64,000 nt of DNA from Yuukianura sp. NJ FZ-2021 (Eukaryota). The stretch's first letter is position 1, and each line of letters starts with the position of its first letter. Location of the stretch: positions 2,852,001-2,916,000 of the forward strand of contig CM102286.1 in NCBI GenBank assembly GCA_046563655.1, read 5' to 3'. Below, one piece after another: positions 62,401 through 64,000 of the stretch. The position numbers were made by a program, and so were the translations under genes. The notes beneath the pieces are model-generated. The model worked only from the letters and a program-made list of their open reading frames with translations, made no database searches and was not told the DNA's origin.

Positions 62401-64000
62401 GATTCAAATTAAACGAGAGGCATTGGAGGAGGGTGTGGAATTAGGCGATGATGCCATTGGAGGTTTTAGTGGGAATTTGTTCTGGATTTTAGTTTTCGCG
62501 GGCTTTTTGGTTTGGTTTTACTCGAGTTGAAATGAATTTTCCATTAGGGAAAACATTGTGGGAAGAAGGAAAGCTGGCTGGGGGAAGCAAGTGACTCTAA
62601 TCCCAACCTGAACCTAAATTCCCAATTTCAAAATCCTTATTAAGCAGTGTTTCTAAAGTAGAAATTGAAACTAGAATTACAAATTGAATCAAAGTTAGGG
62701 ATTTGAAATTATAAAATTAGAACCCTTTGCTTTACTAATTGCCAAAACGGAAAAAAAGCTTCTCCAAAGATGAAATTTTTAAAACAGAAGCACTTTTGCT
62801 AAAATTTTTCTATTTTCTAGAATTTTAGAACAAACGAACAACAATTAGTTTAACAGAAGTAATTAAGTTTTGACAGAAAACAGATAGAGAAAATTTGGAG
62901 AAAGTAGAGCATGACTCAAAATTTTTTCAACACTTTTTGAAAAATGATAATAACGTTTTTAGATACTTTTTTTTGAAAAAGTAGCGGTAAAAGTTTGGAA
63001 TGAAAAGAATGAGCCACTTTCTTCTGCATCCGAAGCGTTATTTTTTCTCCTTTCGCCTTTCACCACTTTTCTACTTTTCTTTGAGCAAAAGTCTTGTTTA
63101 CTTTGTCTCAAATCCATGTCTGACTGGATTCTGAAGCGTGACACGATGAAAGTGACTAGGAAATGTATTTACAGTGACTAGGAAAAGCTTAGAAAGTGGA
63201 ACTATTTTTTCTGCTAGCTGAATATCTTTCGGTATAAAAAGCCAGCAAAGGAAGCAACAGCGGAAGTACGGGACTTTGTAAAGAATTTCCTTATTTCTTC
63301 CTCTTTCCGCCCCAGCTCTTCTCCAGTCACGCTTTCTGTATAAGTCTTCCTTCCAAGAAAAAACTGAAAAACCCGCCAAGTTTAAATCTGAATGTTGTTG
63401 ATATTATCACTGCTTTCACCACCACTGAAGTCAAAAGAGGCCAATCCAAAATTCCTTTCAAGCACCATCATCTCCTTCTACTATGCTTTTTCATGGAATC
63501 CAAAATAGGAAAGTTAGTATTTTCAATTTGAGGTTCTCGAAAGCCAAAACCCTTCATTTCCATCTCAAAATCCGAGAAAATGAAATGTTTGAATTCTTGA
63601 ATTTTCCCGCCAAAACCAAATTCCCTATGGTAGAACAAGCTTCAAATTTTGAGTCTTTGAAAAGGAAGCAACACAGCAAGTAGAATATTATTAGATTGAA
63701 CGCAAAAGGGCAAAGGAATTTGACAGACAGGTAAAACGAAAAGAGATTTTTTGTTTGTTGTATTTTGTCAATTCTGAAAATCATTTCCGCATCAAAATTC
63801 AACTTAAGACTTTCGATTTGCCGAGCCTTACGGATGTTTGAGTTCGAAATTTAACATTCCAAACAAGACTAGCTTGGAGCCAAAATTCAAAATTTTGAGT
63901 TCAACGCTGCCTTTGGGAATTGAATTTGAGAAACATTTCATTCACCTTTTGCCTTTTCCTACTTTCTTACTACTTCCTTTATTAGTCTTTCTCAAATTCA

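Overview
AT-rich eukaryotic (arthropod-like) genomic DNA with short GT-AG introns; no prokaryotic features, CRISPR or RNA genes were recognised. 1-5 kb holds the first exons of a mangetout/mGluR-like class C GPCR (minus strand). 7-21 kb is a transposon island: a recently inserted gag-only Ty3/Gypsy-type LTR element with three LTR copies, a 4-bp TSD and a nested hAT-type MITE; a degenerate TIR element; a 94-bp Transib-like MITE; and a Helentron/DINE-1-like element carrying a 24-bp tandem array. 22-44 kb is gene-dense: an intronless basigin-like Ig protein, a Kazal-like peptide, an INCENP-like protein, a GPI-type surface protein, an 8-exon 444-aa hinge-less 'mini-SMC5/6' with degenerate ATPase motifs, a candidate Arg/His-rich beta-hairpin antimicrobial prepropeptide, an acidic CS-alpha-beta-like peptide, a RERG-like GTPase, and an A-B-A'-B' tandem family of Cys-rich surface proteins. 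44-64 kb has no supportable coding sequence, only two more MITE copies. All family assignments come from motif recognition by eye, not from database searches.
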